From NCBI RefSeq assembly GCF_018977255.1, contig NW_024704742.1, forward strand, positions 9,364,001 through 9,428,000: a stretch of DNA of 64,000 bases, in the 5' to 3' direction. Shown here one piece after another: positions 12,779 through 24,031 of the stretch. The number at the start of each line of letters is the position of its first letter. The first letter of the stretch is position 1. The stretch is from Callorhinchus milii. Lineage: Eukaryota. The notes beneath the pieces were generated by a model. That model was not told the DNA's origin. It worked only from the letters and a program-made list of their open reading frames with translations, and did no database searches. The position numbers were made by a program, and so were the translations under genes.

Positions 12779-13988
12779 TGAGATTAAAGTTGCAATGTGA
12801 ACAGACAACCTTCTGTCTCAGAGGCCGTAGTACTAAATGAGTGAGGCTCGTACAATGTTAAGTAATAAACCGTTTACACCAGTATCTCTGACATCACCAT
12901 ATCCAATTTACAGATGCTGTTCTCTCTCACATGTGGCTAGGCAGACTCTGTACCAGCCTCTCGGACATGGCTTTACAAACTCTCATTTGCTGTAAAATTC
13001 TTAACTCATCACAATCTCGAAACAGGCTATTAAGTGATTTGGAAATGTAGGAAGAAGTGTGAATGGGGCAGCCAAGGGTAAGATATTTATACTGTGATCA
13101 ATGAACCATTGTGCCTTTTGTTAAACTCTAATGAGTGGAGGATATTTTGAAGGTTGGGAAGGGTTTATTTTACCTGTACAAGAACCTTATGGTTTTGACA
13201 TTGTTTATTATAAATATAAGATTCCTGAGAACTCCCTTTTACTCCTCTTTTTGGCTATCTATCAAGGAGAGATATACAGTGGGAAAGGTAAGGAAATGGG
13301 ACTGAATGGATTGCTACTTTAAAGTTCCAGCAAGAAATGATGAGTGCAATAGGCATCTTCTGTGTTGTAAGTCTTCATGGTTCTCTGGTAGAATATGACT
13401 GTTGTCTGAAGGTATCACTTCTGGATTCTCACAGGCTTCTTTAAATCAATCCTCTGATGCTTTGGCTGTTGACCATGAGATGAACCCTCCCACGTTGGGT
13501 AGTTTTTGATTTTCATTTCACAGAAGGAAATCACTCTTCCTCTATCCAGTAAAACTGCTGAGTTATTACAAACATATTGCTGCTACTTGACGTCAAATTA
13601 CAATCAAGTGCTTTCGTCCCATGGGCAATATTCCCAGCTTTCACCATTCGTCTCATTCTGAGTTTTGGGATTTTAATGGTGCAGATTAGCTGCTGCATTC
13701 GTCCACACACTTTGCAGTTCTATTCTTCAAAGTAATCCATAGTGTGATATATTTAGGCATCATGTTTGCTCACAAAATGCACAGTCCCTACACTTTACAA
13801 TACATCCTGTGAAGTGCTTTGGCATGTCCTGCTAATGTGAAAGACACCAATATCAATTGCATTGATTTTAGTCAGGAAGGATTCTAGTGCACACAGGAAC
13901 CCATCATCCTGCTTAAGTATGTTTAAACCAGACTGGGAGTTCCACATATATATGCCACCCATGCATGAAAATTTCCGTGTCTGGAATA

Positions 13989-13992
<4 letters not shown>

Positions 13993-14025
<33 letters not shown>

Positions 14026-14330
14026 CCTTGCATTTGATATAGCGCTTTTCACATCGGGAGGACGTCCCAAAGTGCTTCACAGAACACACTGTAAAGTGAA
14101 TTGACTGTATATTTGTGGGCGAACGCGGCAGCCAATTGCGCACAGCAATGTCCCACAAATAGTCGTAGATTGAAAATGACCAATTTATTATTGTTTTTGG
14201 TTTTGGAGGGATTATTATTAGGCGTGTGGAGTAAGGAAACTTGCCCAAGGTTTCGCCCTCTGCCTGGAATTGAACTCAGGTCTCTCGCTTGCAAAGCGAG
14301 TGCTTTAACCACTGAGCTACAGGACTCCAC
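13993..14330 (-). mobile_element. tRNA-derived SINE, young short subfamily, full length
   Basis: Intact A/B boxes, long (ATT)n tail, tagaat on both flanks. Confidence 0.95.
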
Positions 14331-14394
14331 CTAGAATGCACGCTATCTCCCCAGCAGGGTGCAGCTTGCCGACTGGTTTTCAAATCACTTCATT

Positions 14395-14740
14395 CCCTCA
14401 CATCTCCTGACCTATCCGACCTGCTTACCCCCCAGTGCACCACCTGCTGCCTCCACTTGGTTGGGTCCGGCCTTCTAATTGTCCCTCGTGCCCTCCGCTC
14501 CACCATTGGTGGCTGTGCCTTCAGCCACTATGCCCCAAAGCTATGGAAATCTGTCCCTCGATCCCTTCGCCTTGCCCCCTCCCTCCCTCCCCACCTTCCT
14601 TTTTGATCATGCTTACGGTCACCTCCCCCCTCCCTCTCCACCTGGATCATTGTCAGACAGCCCCTCTGTGAAGTGTTCCAGGATGCTACCCCACGTGAAG
14701 GGCGCTATATAAATGCAAGTTGTTATTGTTGGTGTTGTTG
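14395..14740 (+). mobile_element. L2 3' end
   Basis: Ends gggcgctatataaatgcaagttgtt. Confidence 0.8.
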
Positions 14741-14876
14741 AAGAGTATTAGGCGCAGGTTGGCTAGAGAGACCCAGTGTGTATGTGTTCAGGGTGCTGTT
14801 GGAGTTTAACAGCTAAGACCATGCAGCTTGCCATTGCGAATCATGGGCAACAATGCTTATCTTTTTTACATGCTAC

Positions 14877-15203
14877 GTGGAGTCCTGTAGCTCAGTGGTT
14901 AGAGCACTCGCTTTGCAAGTGAGAGACCTGAGTTCAATTCCAGGCAGAGGGCGAAACCTTGGGCAAGTTTCCTTACTCCACACAGAGCCTAATAATAATC
15001 CCTCCAAAAAAACAAAACAATAATAAATTGGTCATTTTCAATCCACGACTATTTGTGGGACATTGCTGTGCGCAATTGGCTGCCGCGTTCGCCCACAAAT
15101 ATACAGTCAATTCACTTTACAGTCTATTCTGTGAAGCGCTTTGGGACGTCCTCCCGACGTGAAAAGCGCTATATCAAATGCAAGGATTATTATTATTATT
15201 ACT
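14877..15203 (+). mobile_element. tRNA-derived SINE, young short subfamily, full length
   Basis: gtggagtcctgtagctcagtggttagagcactcgctttgcaag head (tRNA-Ala TGC-like); tail gggacgtcctcccgacgtgaaaagcgc...(ATT)n. Confidence 0.95.
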
Positions 15204-15214
15204 ATTGGACACAA

Positions 15215-15475
15215 TACAATAGAAATGTACATTTATATAACGCCTTTCACATCAGGAAAACATCGCAAGGAGTTTGACAGTCCTAGTTTGGGACTGAGGG
15301 TGATGGGGGGGAAAGATGACCAAAGAGGAAGGTTTCACGACAGACAAAATGGTGCGGTGAGGGAGGGAGTAAGTTGGATGAACTCCGGGATGGAGTTCCA
15401 GAGAAGGTTTGAAGATGGGGATGAGGATCTTGAACTCGATCTGCTGAGGGATGGAGAGCCAGTATACTATGCCTG
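15215..15475 (-). mobile_element. L2 3' fragment with internal deletion
   Basis: YWLSIPQQIEFKILI motif and tail. Confidence 0.7.
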
Positions 15476-15528
15476 CTTGGCTGATTGCTGATTTATGTTT
15501 TAAAAATGTAGTTTGCTTTTTAATCCAC

Positions 15529-15806
15529 TGCAAGCGAGAGACCTGGGTTCGATTCCCGGCAGGGGGAGAAACCTTGGGCAAGTTTCCTTACTCCACACAC
15601 CTGATAATAATCCCTCAAGAAAAAAAACAATAATAATTTGGTCACTCAATCCACAACCGTTTGTGGGACACTGCTGTGTGCAATTGGCTGCCATGTTTCA
15701 CCCACAAAGTTTACAGTCAGTTCACTTTACAGTATATTCCGTGAAGCGTTTTGAGTTGTCTAGAAGACGTGATAAGGTGCTATATCAAATCCAAGGATTA
15801 GTATTA
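15529..15806 (+). mobile_element. tRNA-derived SINE, short body, old-type tail, 5' truncated
   Basis: Lacks internal segment; tail tagaagacgtgataagg. Confidence 0.85.
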
Positions 15807-15974
15807 CTTTATTATAATATCCAGCTTCTAATGGCCAACAAATCACAATCTAACATTCTGACTGCTCCTTGAGTTGCAGGAACTGATAACACATAGCCTA
15901 TTGCAGCAGTTAATCAGCACCTCTAATGGAGTCAAATTGAAGGAGGTTATTGGTTAGGAGTGACCAGGATCCTT

Positions 15975-16483
15975 AGAAACATAGAATTATACAGTGCAGA
16001 AGTAGGCCATTCAGTCCATTTTGCCCTTCTGGTTATTTGAAAGAACTGTCCAAATTAATCCCAATTCCCCCACTTTCTACCCATAGCCTTGGTAGTTTAT
16101 CCTCCCCAAATATCTATCCCTTCTCTTTTGAAAGTTGTTATCGAATCTGCTTCCAACACCCTTTCAGGCAGTGCGTTGCAGATCTGAACAACTTACTATG
16201 TGAAAAAAATTCTTCACATCTCCCACTGATCTTTCTGACAACTATCTTAAATCTGTGTCCTCTGGTTACCAACCCACCCTCCAGTGGAAATAGTTTCTCG
16301 CTGTTCACTCTATCAAATCCCCTCATAATTTTGAACACCTCTATTAAATCTCCCCTTAACCTTCTCTGTTCCAAGGAGAACAATTTTAACTTTTCTAGTC
16401 TCTTCACATAACTCAATTCCCTAATTCCTGGTACCATCCTGGTAAATCTCCTTTGCACCCTTTCCAAGGCCTTGACATCCTTA
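15975..16483 (-). mobile_element. CR1 LINE 3' end
   Basis: [47 protein letters not shown] (CR1 ORF2 C-terminus) plus 3' UTR. Confidence 0.92.
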
Positions 16484-16696
16484 ATGTGAGAGTGTGGCTA
16501 TCGGTGGGTGCTGTACAGCTGTTGGTACAAGAGTACCTTCTCAAGCTATTGCAGCTTAGTAACTCCATCACTGTATTCATGAGTGCTTACAATCCATGTC
16601 CTAATTTCCTTTAAACTGCATCAAGAACCATGAAGCTGATACCTCTCTATTTCAGTACCAAAAATGCAGGAGCATTCGTCACCGTTAGAATATACC

Positions 16697-16998
16697 AACA
16701 ACAACAAATGACATTTGTATAGCCCTTTCACATCAGGACAATGTCCCAAGGCGCTGGACAGTCAGGGATGCGCACCTGAGCTGGTGGTTGGGATCAGGAC
16801 GGGTGGAGGGAGGGGAGGGGTAGGAACGTGACCAAAGGCATGCTCAAAAAGGAGGGACTAGAAGGAGGCAAGTGAGGAGAAGAGGTGGAGGGATTGCAGG
16901 ATGGAGTTCCAGAGGAGGGGGCAGAAAGGCTGAAGGCCCGCCCGCCAATCCTGGGGTGGGCAAGGCGGGTATGTGAAGCAGGCTGGAGCCCGCTGAGC
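16697..16998 (-). mobile_element. L2 3' end
   Basis: RIGGRAFSLSAP motif and L2 tail. Confidence 0.8.
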
Positions 16999-17601
16999 AA
17001 TGCACCAAAGCTGACCACTAACAGAGTCTAGAAAGAGGCACTGGGAATGCTCAGTTTACAAGTGTTGGAGTGGTGGGTGCAGCGTTTTATTGAGAGGTAG
17101 TGTGGAAGCCATGGAGAAGAAGCAGAATGCTTCGTCTTTGCTGAGCAGCAGCCAGTAGCCATTAGCCGTGGGGAATCCTAACACCGGTTACTGTCTGGAG
17201 TACAATTAAGATGCCAAGAACACCACCTTGTGGTAACACGGTGCCCCAACTCAACACAGTTGCAAGGAATGTTTCGTAACTGTAGTCAGGAAACAATGCA
17301 GCGCTTGTCTCAGGCAGTCAGCAGGGGTCTAATTTATAAACCGGATTTGATGTTCTAATTGCCACTTTTGTTTTGTGAATATTACAAATTACACTGCAGT
17401 GATGTACCTTACTTGGCGAGCATTCCACAGGGCTCAATTATTAGAGGATTTCACAGTTCAATTCTGGTGTAATTATTTTTGGTTAACCAGGTGTCTGACA
17501 CCTGCGGAAACTGAAACACTGTAACCTGACAGTTCATCCTGTGTAAAAAGTCTGGTCACTGGAGCACAATTTCCTTATACCGTACCATCTAGCAAATATA
17601 C

Positions 17602-17940
17602 AATCCTTGCATTTTGATATAACGCCTTATCATATCTTTGAGACATCTCAAAGAGCTTCACAGAATATACATGAATTGACTATGTATTTTGTAGGGAAAA
17701 CGTGGCAGCCCGTTGCGCACAACAGTATCCCACAAACAGTCGTGGGTTTAATGACCAGATTATTATTTTTTTTCAAAGGGATTATTACTCCTGGAAAAGT
17801 GATCCGCCAATCCCCTACTTACGGGTTCCTTGCTGGTAAACAGAGGTGTGTGGAGTAAAGAAACTTGCCAAACTTTTCGTCCTGCCCGGGAATCAAACCC
17901 AGGTCCTAGCGCTTGCGAAGCGAGTGCTCTAACCACTGAA
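17602..17940 (-). mobile_element. tRNA-derived SINE, long subfamily
   Basis: Head, internal segment, core, tail. Confidence 0.85.
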
Positions 17941-19374
17941 TTAAAGGCCTCTGCTTTCTCCACCTGCTGAGAATAGATTGTGTGTGAGGGGGGAGCGATG
18001 GATTCTGAGAAAAAATTGCAATAGTTTAACCTACCTGGCACAGAAAGGTAAATCCTCAGACAACACTGGGTGTATATTGCAGGCTTCCTAGTAGCTGAGC
18101 TGAACAAATATTTGTATTAATTGTTTGGTTTTACTCTTTTTTACTCTTTTTTTTACTCTTTTACTTTTAATAGGTGAAGCTGCCTGTATTTGAGCATTGG
18201 TTGAGAAGTGCATAGCTATGTGATCTGAAGCAGACTTGCAGAGTTCAAAGTTGCAATTGGAAGGAATAGTAATTGTGGTCAATAGTAAGTCTGTTGTGCA
18301 GTTCCCTCACCTCTTTCCCTCACCTTCTCAAGGCCTTCCTCTTTGACCACACTTTCGGTCATCTTTCTTCTTCCCCCCCCCCCCCCCCACCTTGGCTCCC
18401 ACCCTCAGCTTGGGTGCCCAGCCAGAACTGTCAATCAGCTTGGGATGTCCTCCTAACATGAAAGGCGCTATATAAATGTAAATGTGTATTGTCTAGCCAC
18501 TTACACGGTAAATCTGTCTCCATTCCCAGCCCCAGAGTGTGCTCTTGGGATTCCTGCTGCCGTTTAACCAGATAAAATTGTGAAGGCTGACAAGCTTCCC
18601 ATTGTTTGTCCACCTTCTCTGTCACGGCCTTGGCTTGTGGGGTTAAATCTGCAGTTTTGATATCTCAAAGGAGTGTGAAGTCCCACTGTACAGGGATCAC
18701 ATTTGTTTCTCATGGTGCACATTAATTTGCTTGTTGATTCTGGTGGCTGGAATTTCACCCCATAATGTAAAGTAAATGGGTAGTTCCAGGGAACAGTTGC
18801 CTGAGGCTTACATGAACCAATAGTCTATTTGTTAAATGCAACAGGAGGTAAACACACCCAAACCTTGTTACAGCTAGCCCGACGATGCATGACCCTGTGA
18901 TTATCTTTCATAGCCTGAATGTATTAGCAATGACCAGTCATTGAGTTAATCCTTTGAAAAATCCTCACCTGTTTTGTGGTGACATTTCATCAACCTTTTT
19001 TTGTAATTTCCTTTGATATTATTGAATTTAACGACTCACTGAGACATTGAGAAATGTTCTCCAAATGCTGGTTTCATTGTTCACGTTTTGTATTCGGTGT
19101 TCCTGTTTGGTATTTGTCAGCTCAGGTATACTTGACTGGATGCAAAGTATAGTACAACTAAGCTCTATTTAGTCTTGCCCCAATAGCACGCCTTCAACAG
19201 AGCAGCACTCATTACCACACCAATATTACACTTTCCTTGTCTGAAACCCTTTGGGCCTTTTTAAAGGAGAGACATTGTCAGTTGTTCCAAATCCTGGTTT
19301 GTTTAATTCTCTGAGGCCCACAAGGAAAATCTGCGTATTTTTATAATAGTAATAATCCTTGCATTTGATATAGC

Positions 19375-19942
19375 ACCTTTATAAAACACTGGTTCGGCCT
19401 CAGCTCGAGACTGTGTTCAATTCTGGGCACCACACTTTAGGAAGGATATCAAGGCATTGGAGAGGGTGCAAAGGAGATTTAACAGGATGGTACCAGGAAT
19501 GAGGGACTTCAGTTATGAAGAGAGGCTAGAGAAGATGGGATTATTCTCCTTGGAGCAGAGAAGGTTAAGAGGAGACTTAAAATTATAAGGGGATTCGATA
19601 GGATGAACAAGGAGAAACTATTTCCACTGGCGTGTGGGTCAGTAACCCGAGGATATCAATTTAAAATAGTTGTTAAAAGAAACAGAGGAGAGGTTAGAAG
19701 AAACTTTTTCATACAAACAGTTGTTCGGATCTGCAATGTATTGCCTGAAAGAGTGGTGAAAGCCATTTCGATAGCAACTTTTAAGAGAGAAGTAGATAAT
19801 ATATTTGGGGAGGACACGTTTGCAGGGCTATGGAGAGAGAGTGGATAGTGGGATTGATTTGGAAGCTCGTTTTGAAGAGCCGACACGGACACGATGGGCT
19901 GAATGGCCTCCTTCTGTGCTGTATAATTCTATGATTCTATGA
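19375..19942 (+). mobile_element. CR1 LINE 3' end, (ATTCTATG)n tail
   Basis: Decayed ORF2 ([29 protein letters not shown], frameshifted); ends attctatgattctatga. Confidence 0.92.
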
Positions 19943-19949
19943 TAACATT

Positions 19950-20800
19950 GCCCTCCTGATAGGCTCACATCAGTGCCTCCACACCTCAGGCGCTGACAGC
20001 ATCACCATCCACAGATGCACACTCAACCTTACTAAGCCAGTCCAGAATCTTGGCATCTTGCTTGACCTTCAACTATCCTTTCTATCCCACATCCGTGCCA
20101 TAACCTGCTCTGTCTTCCCCCACCTTTGCAACATCGCTCGGCTCTGCCACTGTCTCACACTGCAGATTGCCAAAGCCCTCATACATGCTTTCATAACATT
20201 GAGGCTTGACTATACAAACTCCTTGCTTGTTGGGCTCTCCAACTACTCCCTCCATAGGCTGCAGATCATCCAGAACTCTGCAGCCCGTGTCCTCTCCCGC
20301 AACAGGCTCCGTGACCCTATCATCCCCATCCTCCCCAGACTCCACTGGCTTCCCAACACATAGATGATACAGTTCAAGATCCTGGTTCTCACCTTTGAAG
20401 CCCTCCATGGCCTTGCTCCCCCCTACCTCTGCGACCTCCTAACCCCCTTCCATCCTGAGCACTCCCTCCATTCAGCGGGCTCTGGCCTGCAGGCTCCGGC
20501 CTGCTTCATGTCCCTTGGCTCGCTGGTCCCATCATTGGTGGGCAGGCCTTCTGCCACTCTGCCCCCACCCTATGGAACTCCTTCCTGCAGTCCCTCCGAC
20601 TCGCCCCTCCTTTGCCTCCTTCAAGACCCATCTCAAGATCCTACTCTTCAACCGTGCTTTCAATCTCCCTCCTTCCCCCTCCGCTCTCCACCCTCCCCAA
20701 TCCCGTCCCCCAGCTTGGGTCAGAAACAGTCACTGTCCAGGGACTTGGGACGTCCTCCCAACGTGAAAGGCACTATACAGATGTATTTGTTGTTGTTGTT
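19950..20800 (+). mobile_element. L2 ORF2 C-terminal part plus 3' end
   Basis: LIHAFITLRLDYTNSLL...IQNSAARVL...LHWLP; (TTG)n tail. Confidence 0.92.
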
Positions 20801-20827
20801 AAGACATCTCACGCATATTATGTTGTA

Positions 20828-21172
20828 AATTACTGCAGGTGCTGGAAATCTGAAATAAAAACAGAAGATGTTTTTATTTCAGAAGATAATGAGATCAGCG
20901 ATATTGATGGTGCAAGACAAAAGAAGGGAATAGTGGAAGATTATAGAAAGAAAAAAATTGTTTAAAACCCAAAGGACGTCATCTTCTGCCCCCACCTAAA
21001 TTTTATTTTTGTCTTTCTTTCCCCATCCCATCCTCTGCTTGTCCTTATAATCTGCTCCCTTCCAACATCCCCCAGTTCTGACGAAAGGTCATTGACCTGA
21101 AATGTTAACTATCTTTCCTTTCTCAATAGATGCTGCCTGACCCAACGTGTGTTCCCAGCGACTTCTGTTTTT
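20828..21172. mobile_element. Penelope-like terminal (pLTR) fragments in inverted arrangement
   Basis: Minus-oriented terminus (~20828-20868) and plus-oriented hammerhead plus gatgctgcctgacc terminus (~21074-21172); class is inferred. Confidence 0.6.
21074..21110 (+). ncRNA. Minimal type I hammerhead ribozyme motif, probably decayed
   Basis: agtt-CTGACGA-a-aggtc-att-gacct-GAAA-tgtt-aact. Confidence 0.7.
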
Positions 21173-21821
21173 ATACTGCAAAATGTGTTTTGTGGGCAAA
21201 ATGCAGCAGTCAATTATGTACAGTGCTGTCCCACAAATAGTCATGGATTGAGTGATCACAATTTGTTTGAGGGGGAGGATTATTACTCCCAGAGAACAAT
21301 CGACCAATCAACTAACAAGTGGTTTCCTACTTACTGCTAGGTAAACAGAGGTGTATGGAGTAAGGAAACTTGCCTAAGGTTTGACTCTTCCCACGAAGAG
21401 TCCCTCTCCGAGACGTTATACCAAATGCAAGGATTATTATTATAAATAGCACAGTCACAGCTTACCAGGTTGCATTAAGAAACTATCATAATCCTCCCCC
21501 TCAAAGGACAGTGTAGATGAGTGCAAAGTCTATAATGATACTGGGATTATCTCAAAATGATCAACTTCCACAAACAAATGTCAAAATAATACAGTACAAA
21601 ATTACATTTGTAAAGGCCTTTCATGTTGGGCGGATGTCCCAAGGCGCTGAACAGTCAGGGATCCGCATGCAAGGTGGTGGGTGGTTCCATATTGGCTCTG
21701 TGAGGTGTAGAGTGCTTCCATAAAAGGTGATTTTGTTAGTGCCGCAGGTATAGAGTTGCTGACGGGAGCCAAGGAGGAGCACCTCAGTCTTGTTGACACT
21801 CAACAAAAATATCCACAATAT

Positions 21822-22175
21822 GTAGTCCTGTAGCTTAGTGTTTAGAGCACTCGCCTCACAAGTGAGAAACCTGGGTTTGATTTCCGGGCAGGGCGAAACA
21901 TTGGGTAAGTTACTCCACACGCCTCTGTTTACCTAGCAGAAAGTAGGAACCCGGTTGTTAGTCAATTGGTGGATTGCTTTTCTGGGAGTAATAATTCTTT
22001 AAAAAAAATTAATAATAAATTGGTCCCACAATCCACCACTGTTTGTGGGACACTGCTGCGTGCAATTGGCTGCCATGATTTGCCTACAAAATATAGTCAA
22101 TTCACTTTATAATATATTCTGTGAAGCGCTTTGAGACGCCTCGAAGACGTGATCAAATGCAAGGATTATTATTAT
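21822..22175 (+). mobile_element. tRNA-derived SINE, long subfamily
   Basis: Full head, internal segment, core, tail. Confidence 0.9.
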
Positions 22176-23030
22176 TCAACTGGAGAAAATTAGCTCTCCT
22201 CCAGGAATTTATGGTCGCCTCCCCCCCGGTTTGGTATCAGGCTGAATGCACCCACTGGGATACAAGTCCTATGGAAGCACTCTACACTGTGCTACCCTGT
22301 GAAAAATGTACTATATAAAAGTTGATTTGTTGTTGTTTTGAGACCACATGCTTAATAACACTCTACTACTCTTTTCATTTGCAATTTGGTTTCATCTGAA
22401 TTCCCAATTGGCCACAAGTGGTTAGTGGCTGACATATTGTACATCCCTGCCCTAAAGCAATGCCAATCATAGTGGGTCGGTTCCTGGAGCCTCAGGCTTA
22501 CAAGGAAGAGGTGCTTGGGATGCCCAAAAACAAAAGTGTAGGAAGCAAACCTACCCTGGTGCCTAAACCTGCAATTATCATGAACAAGATGAACGCAATC
22601 AGCATTAACTAGCTTTTGAAATATCTTCGCCTGTTTTATAATAATAATTATAATAATCATAATAATGCTTGCATTGGATACAGTGCCTTATCACACTGTC
22701 AAAACATCCCACAGGATTTATTGTGAAGTGTTGTGACTGTGTTATTTGTAGGGAAAGAAAGGTGCATAAACAGGAAGCTTGCTAGTATATATAGTGATGA
22801 GGAGCATGCTTTTTTGATTTGTTTTTGGGTGACGTTTCTTCAACTCAGTCAGCTTAGCATAGGACTTGTATCCCAGTGGGTCCATTCAGCCTGTCATCGT
22901 TTTTGAGTCATTGCTTCAAGGTCATTCAGAGAGTTACCTTGGTGAAGTTGCAGTAATTCTCAGCAGACTTTTATTTGCTGGTCCTCAATCCAGCCAACTA
23001 AAGCCCCGTTGGTTAGGGAAATCTCAGTCC

Positions 23031-23135
23031 TGTGCTGCATGACAAGATTTCAGTGATATTGGAACCCAAGTGAATCTTGTTACATGACCTAGAGTCACTT
23101 GGGTTACAATATCACTGGGAATCTCTCATCGTATA
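23031..23135. repeat. Long imperfect inverted repeat (hairpin relic)
   Basis: 23051-23073 pairs with 23095-23117 at 22/23 positions; weaker outer pairing. Confidence 0.85.
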
Positions 23136-24007
23136 ATGGAATATTGCAATGTACCACCATTCATATTGGTGTCTTTGAAGAAGTGAAAACATTATTCTCC
23201 GGGAGTATATTGCATCCATTCCATCTCATTCTTATTCCAAGGCACAAAAGCTATGAGTATAATATATAATAATAATCCTTGCGTTTGATATTGTGTATTT
23301 TGTGGGCAAAACGCGGCTGCCAATTGTGCACAGCAGTGTCCCACAAGAGCTGTGGATTGAGTGACCACATTATTTTGATTTCTCTATTTCCCTCACTCAT
23401 TCTTCCAGTTATAATCTACAGAATTTTAAACCGAAACACGACTATTATTTCTTGATAGAGTTGCTTTACGTTTGAGATGAGGACAGTCCTACATTAAAAT
23501 CCTAGTCTATTCCCCCTTTGTTCTCTAGAACTCCCTTCTTCAAACTCCCTGGCTCGCCCCCACTCTTTATTTAGTTTTAAATCCCATCTGAAGATCTACC
23601 TTTTTGACTGAGCCTATGGTCACCTCTCTCTCCCCATTCACTCTCCCCACTCACCCCACCACTGAGCCGGATTCCAAGACACTATCCTTGCTATATAACT
23701 TGCATGTGGCTGTGCAATGGTTGCACATTGCAACATCGAGCTCCGCCACTGTTAAGCGCTCCGAGATGCAGTCCGGCATGAAGCGTGCTATAAAAATGTA
23801 AGTTGTTGTTTTGTGTGGTTCACTTTTTAGCAGAATTGGCAAAGAAATGATTTCCCATTGAAGATCCTGTATGTTTTACGTAAGGGAGTGAGTCTCAAAT
23901 GGAATGTGACATTGAGAAAAGTGCGATGGTGCATTTTCCCTTCAGTCACATCTCGGTTTGGGAAATACTGCCAGACTTTCACGGATTATCATTTAAAGCT
24001 TTTTAGC

Positions 24008-24031
24008 AGAGAGAGAGAGAGAGAGAGAGAG
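24008..24031. repeat. (AG)12 microsatellite
   Basis: Direct reading. Confidence 0.95.

Noticed and set aside
14877..14955. tRNA-Ala-like gene (and similar heads elsewhere)
   Set aside because: Runs into SINE body with no adjacent terminator; SINE heads, not tRNA genes
14959..15277. Recurrent ORFs such as MGKFPYST...KCKDYYYY and MGRPPDVK...IIIII
   Set aside because: Translations of the SINE and its (ATT)n tail, recurring wherever the SINE does
16138..16467. 109-aa ORF as a host gene
   Set aside because: CR1 ORF2 C-terminus in a 5'-truncated copy
22460..22612. 50-aa ORF MPIIVGRFLEPQAYKEEV... in unique DNA
   Set aside because: Length expected by chance; no recognised homology or supporting signals
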